Notes: a model not told the origin generated them from the sequence alone. 34,472 nt of DNA from Trypethelium eluteriae (GCA_051942245.1 JAVECL010000227.1:1-34472); one strand, 5' to 3'; positions 1-12,848 are shown, counted from the stretch's first letter. Numbers and translations are program-made.

Positions 1-1068
1 GGACTGGTTTGGGATCGCGAGTGGAATCTTCTTGCGAGCACTAGGGAATGCAAACCGATGGAAAAGTTGTGCAATTTTTGATCCCGATGAGCCAGCGACT
101 GATACGATAAGGTTCATGATAATGATACCCGGGCTACGGAACCGCTAGAATGGATTACACGAATGATACGTATTCCGATTTGGGATACACAGCATTTACG
201 GCACATAGCTCTCTGAGCATCTAGATCTTAGACTCTGGTATGGAAAACGTCCGGCATTTTTGCGAGGAACCCTTGCTGGTCAGTAATAGGTCCCAAAGAA
301 TGCATAACCCTCTAGTGTGTTGCATTCTGGACTGCACGTTACAAGGGATTATCACGAGATTGATTTTAACGCCATTCGGGAATACTGTGTGAGGGCAAAC
401 ACTTTTTAGTTGAGTTCAGGTGAAACTGCTATGTGTTGTCTGGATATTTCAGACGTTGGAGGCCACTGAGCAACAGAAATCACCAGAGCCACTGCAAGGC
501 GCCTCGACCCGCGGCGTATGAGTATTTTTACTTCTGGTAAAGCAATGTTGTGGATAGTAGATCTCAGTAATTGAGAAATGGAAGGAGTTTAAGTCGTAAC
601 ACTCGATCTATGCATTGCGTCTACCTGGAAATTCTTCGAATTTTCCGATAAGTGACAAAAAGCCCAGAACATATACAATCAGAGTAAAATATAGTCCAGA
701 GTAAGAAGCCGTTATAACTGGGTAAAAGGTTCGTCAAAGTGCAAGAGCGCGAAACGTTCAAATGACGATTCAGCGGAAGGAACGGTTTTGGTTAATCAGT
801 GGCCACTGAATTTGATTTGTACGAGACTAGAAACTACGAATTGATCGGAGAATGTGCTCGGAATAAGAAATCCTGGCGCAAATCTAGAAACTAGATGAAG
901 CGGGAGGAAATCGTGATAAGAATGGGAGGCAAGCAGGAGCTTTGAACCGCCCGCACTGCTCCACCATCCCCAAGATCGCACATTCATCAGATACCAGAAA
1001 ACTCATGCAACCCCGCTAACCCATGCAAATTAATGAGTGTCAACAATCGCGAGCTCATAATAGTCCGT

Positions 1069-2608
1069 CTAAGACTGCTGAGCGAATCCAATGCGAGGAC
1101 CCTGGGAGTCGAAGACAACATATTGGCTCTTAAGGAAGATATCGCCGAGAATGCTGAATCCAATGCCAGTGTTGCTCTGGATACCACCGAAACATGTACC
1201 ATCACCATTGGGGGCGAAGTTGATGTCAGCGCCGGGAACAGTGTGGGTAGTGCCGCCGATCACAATGCCGAAGTCAGGAAGGTCAGCGTCGCAGTCGAAG
1301 ACGTAGCCACCAGCGCTTTCGCTGTTCTGGGCACCGCTGACCTGTCGGTAGTAGGCAGTGACGATGGCGCTGTTGATGTAAAGAAGAGAGGTACCAGTGT
1401 CAGCAATAGCGTCGATGCTGGCGCTCTTGGTGGAACCTCCTGCAACGGAGTAACCAGTGGCGGAAAATTCCCAAAAGCCCTGTTCGGTGGTGACAGGAGT
1501 GTAGGTGATGGAACCAGTATACGCAGCAGTGTCGATGTAACCGAAAGTGTAGATGCCTGGGGCACCCTTCTTCAAGTCGGCAGTGAAGAGAGGCTGAGCA
1601 AGAGATCCCTTGACAGTATCAAAGAAGGTCGTCTTCGACTGAGGCTTCACGGTGTTGATGCTGCTGAAAGCAAGACCAAGGAGACCATCGTTGTCAGTGT
1701 CCTGCTGGAACTGGGTTGAGATGGAAGTAGCAGCCTCAACAGCTTGAGAGGTAGCAGTCACACCGCCGACGACCACGGTATCGGCATAAACATCTCCAGC
1801 GGCACCAGAGCCATCACCATAGGTAATGCTCCATGACTCGCCTGATTCTTTCTTGGAGGAGCTGACCTGGTAGATCGAGTGACCTGACTGCTGGGACCTT
1901 GAGAGTTCAGAGGAGAAAACCCAACTACAAAGAATTTCGTCAGCTTCATTAATTTCAGAACAGAATAAAAATGCCGCAAAGGGGACGAAAATTTCCGACG
2001 GTGACGGGAAGGGTGGAGCAGGACACGGGAGGCAAAGATCTGTAACGCCTGGTGTGCCACTTTCTCGGGACGAAGCGCGCCTAGGGTCGATAAGGCCCAC
2101 CGCCACAGCACGGATGCTCGAACCATTGCGGGTCCGACATAACGGACTCGCGTCGATTGCGAGTCCAATGCGCATGAACCCTTTCAATATGAAACAGGCT
2201 GAATCGAATGGAAAGGCAAGGTTCGGGCGCCCGTTTCCAGGATATGTATTGGGTTCGCAAAAGGAAGAAGCGCAGTACTTACAGATCGGCAGATCCGGTG
2301 TCAAAATCCAAGTTCAGGGTACTGCCGCCGAGAGTGACAGGAGTAAGATACTCGGCGTCATTGGCCTCTGGAGTAGTAGTAGCCGTGCCAGAGACTGCGG
2401 CAGCAGCAGCCTCAACATTCGACGGAACCGTCTTGCTGTACTTGAGGAAGGTCTTCCTCACTTCCTGAGCACCATTGCGTGCAATAGTCCTGCCGGTAGC
2501 CACCTGCTCAATCTTGAATTCGGATCGAGGGGAAATTTGGGAGTGGGGTACAGCGGCAGCGACGTTGGCAAGAGCCGCGACAGCGGCGACGGAGGTGGAG
2601 AAATGCAT
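1069..2608 (-). CDS. pepA: Secreted aspartic endopeptidase, aspergillopepsin I/penicillopepsin type (peptidase A1); join(1069..1924,2283..2608), 393 aa
   Basis: Signal peptide [19 protein letters not shown] and propeptide. Both catalytic motifs are present ([10 protein letters not shown] and IADTGTS), plus flap SITYGDGS and C-terminal SILGDIFLK. Removing the GTAAGT..GCTGAC..TAG intron joins ORFs 2279..2776 and 1069..2304 in frame. Confidence 0.95.
1925..2282 (-). other. 358-nt spliceosomal intron of the aspartic protease gene
   Basis: Donor GTAAGT at 2282, branch GCTGAC ~1939-1944, acceptor TAG ending 1925; splicing restores D-L-W-V-F-S. Confidence 0.9.
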
Positions 2609-2742
2609 TTTGGTTAAAAATGCTGGAAGGTAGGCCAAGAAGAGGGACGAGGCAAGAGGCTGGAGAAGCGGGCTCTTGATGATGCTGAAGAGGCTTGAAG
2701 CTTGAGGCTGGGTGGAGAGCTTTCGAGTGGACGGCAGAGGCC

Positions 2743-2750
2743 TTCTTATA
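2743..2750 (-). promoter_or_regulatory. Candidate TATA box of the protease gene
   Basis: TATAAGAA on the minus strand ~135 nt upstream of the ATG at 2608. Confidence 0.5.
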
Positions 2751-5157
2751 GCAAATGTAAAGCTTGTCAAACCCACCTTGATTTCCTATATTACAAACGA
2801 GATAGCAGGCTAGGGGAGACAATCAAAACAAACTCCGCCACTGAGAGCAGAGGGTTGGCCGAGCGCGCCTAAACGACCCATGCAGCGATTCCATGATCAA
2901 AGCACAGTGGAGTGCACGATTCGAAAAGGACGATCCTCAGGATACCTTCTACATCAGGCCCACACCGACCCTGCAGTCGGAAGGAAGCTAAGAGGAGCGC
3001 CGGATGCTTTGACCCTACAGGATGCGCCACATATTGGGGAAAGGCTCACAGGGCCAGCAAGTGACAGTCTTCTTATCTTGCCAAACCGCAGATCGCAGAT
3101 GAAAGGATACCATGTAGTTGGAGATCCCAGTCGCGAAGTTTTCCAGAACACCATAGGTCAACCAGGCGAAGCGGTGTATGACAACGGGTCCCCGGGGTGA
3201 AATGTTCCTGCATGCTGATTTGCTCCTTCTCGAAGAACTACAGAAATGAAAGGGATCAAAAGAAACCCATACTACCCTTTTGTGAATCGGCCGAGTGCTC
3301 CGGTCGACGCGCTTGGGGCGTGAGGCCTTCCCATTTGCGACTCGTCTCCGACCGGGGGCATCGATCCACGGCGAGCGGCTACCAAGCCACAGCCGTGGGC
3401 AGGATGCAAATGCAGGCTGCAGGGGTCGTGTAAATGGTCGCATCCATGACCCGCAGCTATGACGAGCTTCTGTACTTTGCTCAATCATGAGAGCGACTCG
3501 CAACAGTTACTGCGGCCTGACCGAGCTTGAGTATTACTCGGCATTGGAGGCAATAGAAGACGATGGTGGTGGGATCCAAGTTGGATGCTGATCACTCGTA
3601 TGTGAATGGCAGACAAAGCAAACGGTCGCGATGATTGCTCGTAAGTCTCAAACCCTTGGCTCTTAGGCTCCCCTAGCGGCCAGCACATCATTTACCGCTG
3701 GAACGTCGCCAAGCACAATAGAAAGGTACTGTACGGAGGACTGTACTTGATCGTTGGCCATCCTTGCACATGACCCTGAATTTCTCGCGGAAGCTCGCCG
3801 ATGGAGCAGCTTCATTTGCCACTGAATGGACTGCGTACAGGGCCGAGATAGGAGATCCGGATAAGTGCTGTATTAGTACGTGACCTTATTCTGTGGCTAT
3901 GGGCACACCGCGGGAGATTGTGAAACGGGCTTGGCCTCCCCGCATCTTTGTCGAACTGGACCACTCAGAAGGCAGAAGCGGCGACTACATGGTGACATCA
4001 GTGCAGTCTTCAGCGAGCTGCACCGGTCTAGCGGTCGCGGGGGTCATTTCCCTTTAGGCGGGCAGCCAAACGATGATGGTGACGATGGTGACTCTTGCAC
4101 AGGATGGACCTTGTACGGGTCGGTCAGGGAAGGTAGAGATGAAGTCTGGAGTAGATTGGAGGTTCATTCGCCAATCGATAAGGGACCTTCCCAGAGCGGT
4201 AAGTGTCTTTTCTCGCCAAGCGAAGGAAGACAGGAGGGAAAGCACCAGGGGAGGGATAGCGTCCATCACCCCATCGACGCGCCGGCTTACTCATTATCAT
4301 GGTAAACCTAATCTATCCACTCATCCCAACCTATTAATCACATGCATCTTAGCAATGCCTCTCTTGTACCCGAGTACAGCAAGATACCTACACCCTGCCA
4401 TCGCTATAATGGACGTAGCTGGAGCAAGCGGGCTTCTATCGAAATGCCGGCAGTGCCTACGTCATGTGGTGACCAAAGCGCTCGTCTGTTAAGCGCATCT
4501 ACACTCCGTAGCGCGCCTCGGACACTCTGTCTAAGGATCCGAAGACTGCCTGGAGAGGTGGACTATGCAGAGGAACTGCACCTGGACCATGCTCGTAGAC
4601 GAAAAGCTCGGAGACCATCGACATGGTGAATCCCTCGACGCACAGCCAAATACCCTATCAGTGCACAATCAGTTTGCGCACAGATACTCGAGGGCAACTT
4701 TCCAACTCGTCGATAGTGGCGAAGAGGATAGTTAATGACGTGCATTGATCGATTCGTTATTGCGCCCCAGGAATGGCAAATCCGAATCGCAAGTGGCATC
4801 AGTATCGCCAAGACTTGCGAGATACGCTCTTGCAGTAACGAGATCACGGAGGAAAGCAGCTTCCTGCATTTTAAGTGGCTATTGAATCATTGCATCGAAG
4901 CTCGGTCCCAAGGTGGGGAGCTCTTGCAGGCTTCTGCTCTCTTTCTAGCGCGACCGTTCCTGACCCTGTGCAGAAGCGAAAAGGCTTCTTGCGCCATTTC
5001 TGGAGTGAACGTTTCTGCTGCTAAATTGGCGCACAGGCTATCTAGCATGGGAAAAAACTCAATTGCCATTTGTAGCAGCACGGTCAGCCTTTGGTGTGGG
5101 GGTATCATGGCTCTACTGAAACTCAAAAAAAACAGGACTACACATCCAGCTTCTGTA

Positions 5158-7794
5158 TCAAGACTGATCTCCATGAACGGCCCGCTGCAACTCGCCGAGA
5201 GCTTCCTCGTATTCCTCTTTCTGTTTAGCCGAAATGACTACGGCGTCCAGGCGCTTTCTCTGCACTGGACGCTGCCGAATGACTTCAGGCGTTCTTGCAA
5301 TCGCGTTCCAAAACCACCGTGCTTCAGTAGAAGTGAATAATGTCCATGCCGTGCCAGGTCTGCCAGCTCGGGCCGTTCGACCCACTCGATGGATGTATGC
5401 AGTGACGCTTCTGGGCATATCGTAGTTCACGACATGTGAAAGATGAGGCAAATCAAGTCCTCGAGAGGCGCGATCAGATGCAATGAGGATTGATGTCTTA
5501 CCCCGTCGGAAAGCGCCGAGGACCGTCTTACCAGTAGAGCTAGTAGAAGACTTGGTCAAAACTCCGGTTAGGCCTGCATATGGCGGATGGAGAATTCCTA
5601 TCAGGTGGGATAACCGTGTAGCATTTTCGTTGCTGTTCGTAAAAATCAATACATTAGCGGCCGTGCCTGGATGGATGTCGTCTGTGCATTTCTGCGGTGG
5701 CGGAACGTGCGAATCCTTATTGAAGATATCGAAACCGACGTCAACTGCAGGAACCGCAAGCTTGTCCATTTCTTCTGTAGACGGTTCACCGTAGGGTTCG
5801 GCGGAAGAGGCCGAATCGGGCGTGGTTGGACCGAGCTCAGATAAGCTGTCAGTCTCATTGGTGGGACCGCTAGACGCATCCTCTTCAAATTGACGTGGAA
5901 AATCTTCAACCTCAGTTACTTTTTCTGCGACAAAGACGTCGCTCCTCAGAAGGCGGAGCAAATACAAGGGCTTCTCAAGTCCGTCTCCGACCGGAATTGC
6001 GAGTTCCCTGAGCGTTGTCGGCAGTTCATTACCCCGGTCTCCAACAGTGCTTGCCGAGTTGTCTGAGACGTTGGTTGTCTGAACGCCTTCCACAACAACT
6101 AGTTTTGGTCGCCTCAACCTCAATGAGCCCAGTTTGCTGATGTCTCTCGTCATTGTTGCACTGAGAATGACTTTTTGAATATTGCGTTTCTCTGGAGGAA
6201 GCCATAGTTCTGCAAGCAACCGGTTTCGTGCCGTTGGGCGCGACGTTTCCAAAGTCGCCATAATAACATCAACCCATTGTTGGAAACTTTCATCAAGCAG
6301 TCGATCTGCCTCATCAACGACCAGCCACTCGAGATCGTCCAATGAAAACCCATTCGTGGATTGAATATGATCGATCAAACGACCTGGGGTGCATATCAAG
6401 AGATCGACTGTCGAGCTATAGACAGGGACATGATCGGGCAGCATACGAACTGCATCCTCTAGCATTCGAACGTCTTCCTGGACATCGACGTCACCGTAAA
6501 GGAGTCGTCGCTGCGCTTTGTCTTGTAACGACTTCCATCCTTCCGGATCGAATTGCCTGCCCCTCTCGATCAATGCTTCTTGCTCGTTTAGAAGTGGCAC
6601 AGCACCGACCGCAGTGCCGATCTTGAGATGCGTTCCAGAAATACATTGTTCTGCAACTTTGCTGACTTGTGAGACGAGCTCCCTGGTTGGGACAATGATT
6701 AGACTGCGAAGCTTTCTGATGGGCCGAGACCTGAGGTCCTCCACCATGGGGAGTATATATGCCAGAGTCTTGCCTGAGCCCGTCGATGCAGCAACACAAA
6801 GGTCAGAATGCCGTAAATGAGCCGGACCAAGTAGCATTGGGATAACTGCGGACTGAATAGCAAGAGCCTCTGTGTACCCCCTTTGGCTGAGGGTCGCCAC
6901 GGTCTTTTCGTCTAGCGACATCTCCGTAAATGCTTTCTTCGCGGACGATGACACGGTAATGGGATTTGATATCCATGATGGGAGGGAAGTAAAAGTAGGT
7001 ATGAATTCGGGTTCGGTCACGGGCTCAGGTTGGGGAAGCGGCTCCAGGCCTAATTGGACAGTCAGCACAAGTCGAATGGCAAATAGCCCAGTTTACCTAC
7101 CATGAAGTTCAACATCGCCCTCATTCTGATGATCATCTAAGATGGCTGTCTGCTTTTGCGTTTCGCCACGAGCCTGACTCTCCATAGACTTTTGAAACTT
7201 GGCGAGGACTTTTTGATGCTTGGTGCCGTGTGAAACTTCTCCCTCGCCCGTGTTGTGTGTAGTCGGCGAATCTTTCCGTTCCTGATCATTCTCTCTCGAA
7301 GCGGAGATAGCGGCTTCCTGGGCTTCCCGCTTATGCTTCTTGGAATGTTTTGACATCGTAGATTTATGGCTGGATCTTTCAACAGATCCATCAAGCTCCG
7401 CAGCCGCCGAATTCGAGAGCTCGTCCGAAGGGTTGACATCATCAGATCTAGTCGTCACTCTAGAGTGACCTCCTACTTCGCGTTTGCGCTTTTTGGACCG
7501 TTTTGACTCTTCTGCTGCCTCTCTCTTAGAATTCATCTGCTTCCCCTCCAGGTGCTCGCTGGGTTCAGAGACTTTGCTATATGACTTCTCCTCAGTAGAA
7601 TGGCCATGGTGTCTGGTAGCTTTTTCGTCATCATGAGTTTCGTGCGTTTGCTTTCGCGAATGCTTCTTAGTTTTCTTCCGTATTTGGTCTGTTTCTCTTA
7701 TAGAATCGTCTTGATTTAGTTCTGGCGTCTTCGCTGCATTCACAGTCGGATCCAAAGATTTCGGAGGTATCCAGCGTGCATAGAGCGGCGCCAT
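5158..7794 (-). CDS. DBP6: ATP-dependent DEAD-box RNA helicase Dbp6 (DDX51); join(5158..7049,7101..7794), 861 aa
   Basis: Motifs ASTGSGKT, PTRELV, TPGRL, DEAD, SAT, SRGLD and HRVGRTARAG. N-terminus MAPLYARWIPPK, a long K/E/S-rich region and HGLEPLPQP are typical of fungal Dbp6. Intron 7050..7100 (GTAGGT..GCTGAC..TAG). Confidence 0.9.
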
Positions 7795-8084
7795 GTAGGC
7801 GGCTTGGTTGATGGCGTTCAATTGCAATGCCGACGTTGGGATCGAAATATAATTTGCACATTGAGAATGCGCTAGTTAATTATTCTGACGGCTGTGACCG
7901 CCTTTGCAAAGACCAACGAACCCCTAAACAAGCGGCAGGTGACCATCCATACGGCCACGTAAAATGCTACAATATCTCGCATCGCGAGAGAATGATGCTG
8001 CGGACTTTGTGAGCCAGAATTTTGATCTATGAGCTGCGAATACAGGGCTAGAGGCACCTTTCTTGGCCTCCAAGAGCTTCGAAA
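7795..8084. promoter_or_regulatory. Compact divergent (bidirectional) promoter region between DBP6 and SPT14
   Basis: Start codons at 7794 (-) and 8085 (+) are separated by only 290 bp. Confidence 0.7.
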
Positions 8085-9808
8085 ATGCCCTACAATATCG
8101 CGTAAGTCTGGATCGTCCGTTCCTCGTTATAATGCTGATTGGCTACAGTATGGTCAGCGATTTTTTCTTTCCGCAGCCAGGTCAGGCTCTTGGTAAACTT
8201 TCAATTTCCCTCAATGCATTCTCACCGATAGTCCAGGAGGCGTTGAGAGTCATATTTACCAATTGTCAACCGTACGTTTTCTTCAATTTAGCCTTACTGC
8301 GATGCTGATGTTCTTCAAGAAATTGATCGATCGCGGCCATAAAGTTGTGATAATCACCCATGCTTACGCGGGCCGTACAGGTGTACGATATCTAACAAAT
8401 GGTCTCAAAGTCTATCATGTCCCTTTTTTCGTCATCTATAGGGAGACGACGTTCCCTACCGTCTTCTCTTTCTTTCCCATCTTTCGCAACATCATCATCC
8501 GGGAACAAATAGGTATTGTCCATGGTCATGGCAGTCTCAGCAGCCTATGCCACGAAGCAATCTTGCACGCTCGTACCATGGGCCTGCGCACCGTCTTCAC
8601 AGATCATTCGCTTTTCGGCTTCGCGGACGCAGCAAGTATCCTAACGAACAAGCTACTCAAATTCACATTAAGCGACGTCGATCACGTCATCTGCGTCAGT
8701 CATACATGGTATGGCTTCTGGCGACGAGTCTTTGACACATGACTGAATATTTTCTAGCAAAGAAAACACAGTCCTTCGAGCCTCGTTGGATCCTCTCATG
8801 GTCTCTGTCATTCCTAATGCTGTGGTGGCCGAGAATTTTAGACCTCTTGATCAGCCTTCCCCTCCTGGAGATTCAGGTACAGTATTGACGAATGGTTCTC
8901 GCCCTTCGAAGCCACCTCAAAACCTTGGACCCAATGACATCATCACAATTGTCGTCATCTCACGTCTGTTTTATAATAAGGGTACTGATCTGTTGATTGC
9001 TGCTATCCCTCGCATCCTTGCTGAACATCCCAATGTTCGCTTCATTATTGCTGGTTCCGGTCCAAAGGCTATCGATCTTGAGCAAATGTTGGAAAGAAAT
9101 GTTTTGCAGGACAAGGTTGAGCTTCTCGGATCAGTGCGTCACGAAGAAGTTCGAGACGTCATGGTTCGTGGCCACATTTACCTACATCCCTCACTAACTG
9201 AGGCCTTTGGTACTGTGTTAGTCGAAGCGGCAAGTTGTGGTCTCTACGTTGTCACTACGCGAGTCGGAGGGATACCTGAGGTTCTGCCAGCTCATATGAC
9301 TACCTTTGCAAAACCTGAGGAGGATGATCTTGTTTCGGCTACTGGGAAAGCGATTGCAGCTTTGCGAGAGAAAAAAGTGCGCACAGATCGCTTCCATGAA
9401 CAAGTCAAACTGATGTATTCCTGGACCGACGTGGCGCAGCGTACCGAGCGCGTCTATGATGGCGTCGTAGGTATGCTCGATGAAGAAGAGTTTTACGGTT
9501 CTTCAAGCGGTGGATGGAGTGCAACGCGCGGCCATGCTGGCGTACAGAGCTTTGCGCTTATTGACAGACTCAAAAGATATTACGGGTGCGGAATCTGGGC
9601 TGGGAAGCTGTTTTGCATGTGCGTGATTGTGGATTATTTGCTCTTCGTATTTCTGGAAATCCGGTCCCCAAGGTCAAGCATAGACATCGCGAGGAATTGG
9701 CCCAAGAAGAGTGTTCAAAATCAGAATGGAACAAACGGCGACGGCTTGCAGCCTTCTGGAAGAAAGAATGAAAGAGTTAATGGAAAAGCAATATATACAC
9801 TGGAGTGA
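8085..9808 (+). CDS. SPT14: Phosphatidylinositol N-acetylglucosaminyltransferase catalytic subunit (Gpi3/PIG-A, GT4); join(8085..8101,8149..8180,8237..8271,8320..8708,8758..9808), 507 aa
   Basis: Spliced N-terminus [71 protein letters not shown]4 motif [18 protein letters not shown]-terminal TM segment. All four introns restore frame. Confidence 0.95.
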
Positions 9809-10393
9809 GGATGTTTGCTTCAGTTGGGGTCGTGGGTACTCAAGGAGCTCCGCTCTCTCGTCGGCCTCGAAGTTCCTAGACGGGGTTTTCAGGTAGGCGA
9901 TTATCAACAAATCGTGGAAATTTCTGGCCGCCTAAGTCTGGATAGTCTTGCGACAGAGCTTATGCTACGGATGTCGCAAAGAGACTCGGTCGCGAAAGCT
10001 ACTCCACTCTTGTGTACCCTCGAGTTGATACGCAGGAGCCCGTCGCCAATCTGCAATTCGTCAAAATGAGCATCGGAGCCATGGAAATGTGAAAATCGTA
10101 GGCGCGAGTGGCATGAATACCTTTTTTCTCTGTGAAAGGGACTTGGAGGCGTCACGTCACTGCGTCTGACTGCAGCAATGAGGAAGCCACGAACCTTTCA
10201 TACAACCCCCTGTCACCGGCTGTTTCTCCTTGAAAACCACCGAGGGCAACTCTACGAATCCGCCATATTCAATTGTACAAGAATCAGGGGGGTTAAAGCC
10301 CGAGTGCCACATTTCTCCTCAAAGCAGACTAAATAGATCGAGAAATCGCTTCCGCGATTCCTAGATATAAGCAGCTGCACACCGTAAGATGAC

Positions 10394-11690
10394 ATGGACA
10401 CCTACAGCATGGTGCCTTCTGCTGGAAGCGCTTCAAGCCTTTCACAATATCGGCAGGATTCGCCTCGCACCGAGGAGCCCGGCGACTCCTTCCCCGGGCT
10501 TGTCATCACTCCATCGAGAGCGACTCCTTCGTTTGGGAGGAACGAAGCACGCGTACACTATCGAGATAACGGACAGTACGACTATCCCCGTATCCTATCT
10601 CATTCAAATCAGATTACTACATTATATACCCGTTCGATCGTCCAAAACAACGTTACGCCATCAGCCAGTAATCGTACATCAACCAATCAAACCATGTCTC
10701 CCAGTGAGCAGCAGCAGCAATCAGCATCCAGTTCTTCGAGTACCCTCAAAGAATATTATGACAAGCACCTCAATCTTCGAGGAACTCACAATTCGCCGCG
10801 GGAGAAAGTCAGCAAGAAGGCACCTGTTATAGCCGAGTTGCGCACCAATATTAAAGTCAGTTGTGCCAAATTTCGTCCAACGAGCCCGAAACCCGTCGAC
10901 CAGAGGCTCCCGATATGAATAGCTAATCCAATCTGTACAGCTTTCCGACAGTTCCGCATGTGCTCTGGCTTCTACTCTTTCGCTTCGGCTCAAGAAACTT
11001 TACAGCCGTGGAGAAGAGAGCATCGTAGTAACAATAATACCCTCCCCCATCCTTCTACTAGGCGGCTCTACGTGGCCCGCGTGGATCCTCATCATGACTG
11101 CCCTCCATTGTGAGCATAATGCAACGATGAACAAGTCTCGGGTCAAACACATAGGCGAAGCCGTGAATAGCTTTCTCAGGGTGGAACCTAGCCGTGGCAT
11201 CATTCGGTTCCAGTCCATCGATGAGGCGAATCTATCCCAGGGATACACTACCATGCTCACTCAGGTCGAAGATCTCGAAAAGGATCAAGCCTTCAAAGAG
11301 AGTAGCAGCACTGGTTCCGCAGCTGGAATTATAAAACGAGCTTTCACTCGTAATCGTGCTGGTCCCGCCTCAAGCACGCCCAAAGACGAGAACGAGCCTC
11401 CTCCACAAACACCCACCCGCCCACCAGTAACCTCCAGTGCGCCCTCAGATGATAGTGTCGACCCCTCCTCGCCGCTCAACAAAAACGAGAATACCACCCG
11501 CTGGCCTACACCTCCGAAACAACACCTAGGAGATGCCGCTCAAGATGATAATCCGCAAACCAAAGTAAGCTTTGAGGGCGAGGACAGCTCGAAGAGCGGG
11601 AACTCGACTCAGCCGATCGTGGAGGGGGCTAAGGGCAAGGAACCGAAGAGGATAAAGAGCCTCTTTGACCTGCTGCGTAATAAGAAATGA
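10394..11690 (+). CDS. Fungal MIF/tautomerase-superfamily domain protein with disordered flanks; join(10394..10855,10941..11690), ~403 aa
   Basis: Spliced core APVIAELRTNIK|LSDSSACALASTLSLRLKKLYSRGEESIVVTI..LLLGGSTWPAWILIMTA..NKSR..LRVEPSRGIIRFQSIDEANL fits the MIF-like pattern. Intron GTCAGT..GCTAAT..CAG. Start Met uncertain. Confidence 0.75.
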
Positions 11691-12848
11691 CGGGACGGGA
11701 CCCTGGATGAGGGCGACCAGCCGACTTCGCCGTCGAAAGTGGCCCTGGATTGGGAGGGATTGGCAATGGTTTGGGACTGTCTCGTCCAGGATTTCGTGGT
11801 GGAGCCGAGACTTTCGTCGGAGATGGAGTTTTGAATGAAGTGTTGATGGGCATGGATGGATTACACGGAAGAGCGTAGCTTTTTCTCGGGGGAAGCACAC
11901 AGTCGTTATGGATTTCGGAGTTCCTGTACCTTCTTTCTCTGCAGTGTCTGTTTCTTTTAAGATTCATATGGGCCGAAGCGTTGCATAGATACCCGTCCTG
12001 TGGCGTTTTCCATTCTCAGCATGCAGCAGGGCAGGCTTGAAAGCCCGAATACTCCTGTTCTCTCATCCGTACTTAGCGACCTGAAATCCATCAACACAAT
12101 CTTAGCTATCTACTTCTGCATCTCACGAACAAAGTACGATCATTCGCTTCGTCGCCTCATTGCTCTTCGTCTACCATATCTTCATTGCTGTCGGCGCCCT
12201 CGATAGCTAGGTTGGATCGTCGAAGGGCATTCTTCATAAATGCAGGATTATGGACGTAGGAGTAGGCAGCGGGTTCGATGAATCCTTCGTTTCAAGAACA
12301 AACAGCAGTATGGATGAGGAAGAAGCATGAAAGTATCGTGATTATTCCCCTAGCTTTTCTTGTTTGCAAGGCTTCTCATCCTAGATCCATTAATCTTCTC
12401 TCTGAGATCAGCTACTTCTGGTTGCCGCTTTCCCAGGCGGACTTCAACCTTATCGCATTCCTCCATTATTCCATATCTTTACCCTCTCACTGAAGCCGCT
12501 TGATAGGTTTTCCTTTGTGAACGGAATTGTCCAATCTTTGAGGTTCTTGCTCTACTTACTACTATCCCTCCGATTCTTTTGTTCCACCCGCTCCTAATCA
12601 GTAGAAAACATTTTTCATATATTCATTTGCAGGGACATTCCCAACCCTGTAGAATAAAGTTAGAGATATCGGCCACCTCCAATGTTCTCAGGCCTTGAAC
12701 TTTTACCACCGGACTGTCCTTCCATCTGCAAATGACATGCAAAAAATATGCAAGAGCCACAACACATAGTGCATCTCCTTCAGGATCCAAAGACTCTGAC
12801 TACGTGTCAAATTGCGGCCGATTACTTTCTATGTTCCCACCCTTGACC

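Noticed and set aside
1..148. Open frame at the window start (DWFGIASG..LRNR*)
   Set aside because: Too short to judge; could be the end of an upstream gene.
1033..1719. 228-aa plus-strand ORF (also 2054..2617)
   Set aside because: Antisense shadow of the codon-biased protease gene; no independent features.
1932..1945. CTGACGA resembling a hammerhead CUGANGA core
   Set aside because: It is the intron branch point, and no stems I-III are arranged around it.
1925..2304. N-terminal ~126 aa of the 411-aa ORF (MTPDLPICK..)
   Set aside because: Mostly translated intron; the real exon 1 is in another frame and supplies the signal peptide and first DTG motif.
2880..5340. Many overlapping short ORFs between pepA and DBP6
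   Set aside because: No recognisable motifs or coherent exon structure; consistent with intergenic sequence.
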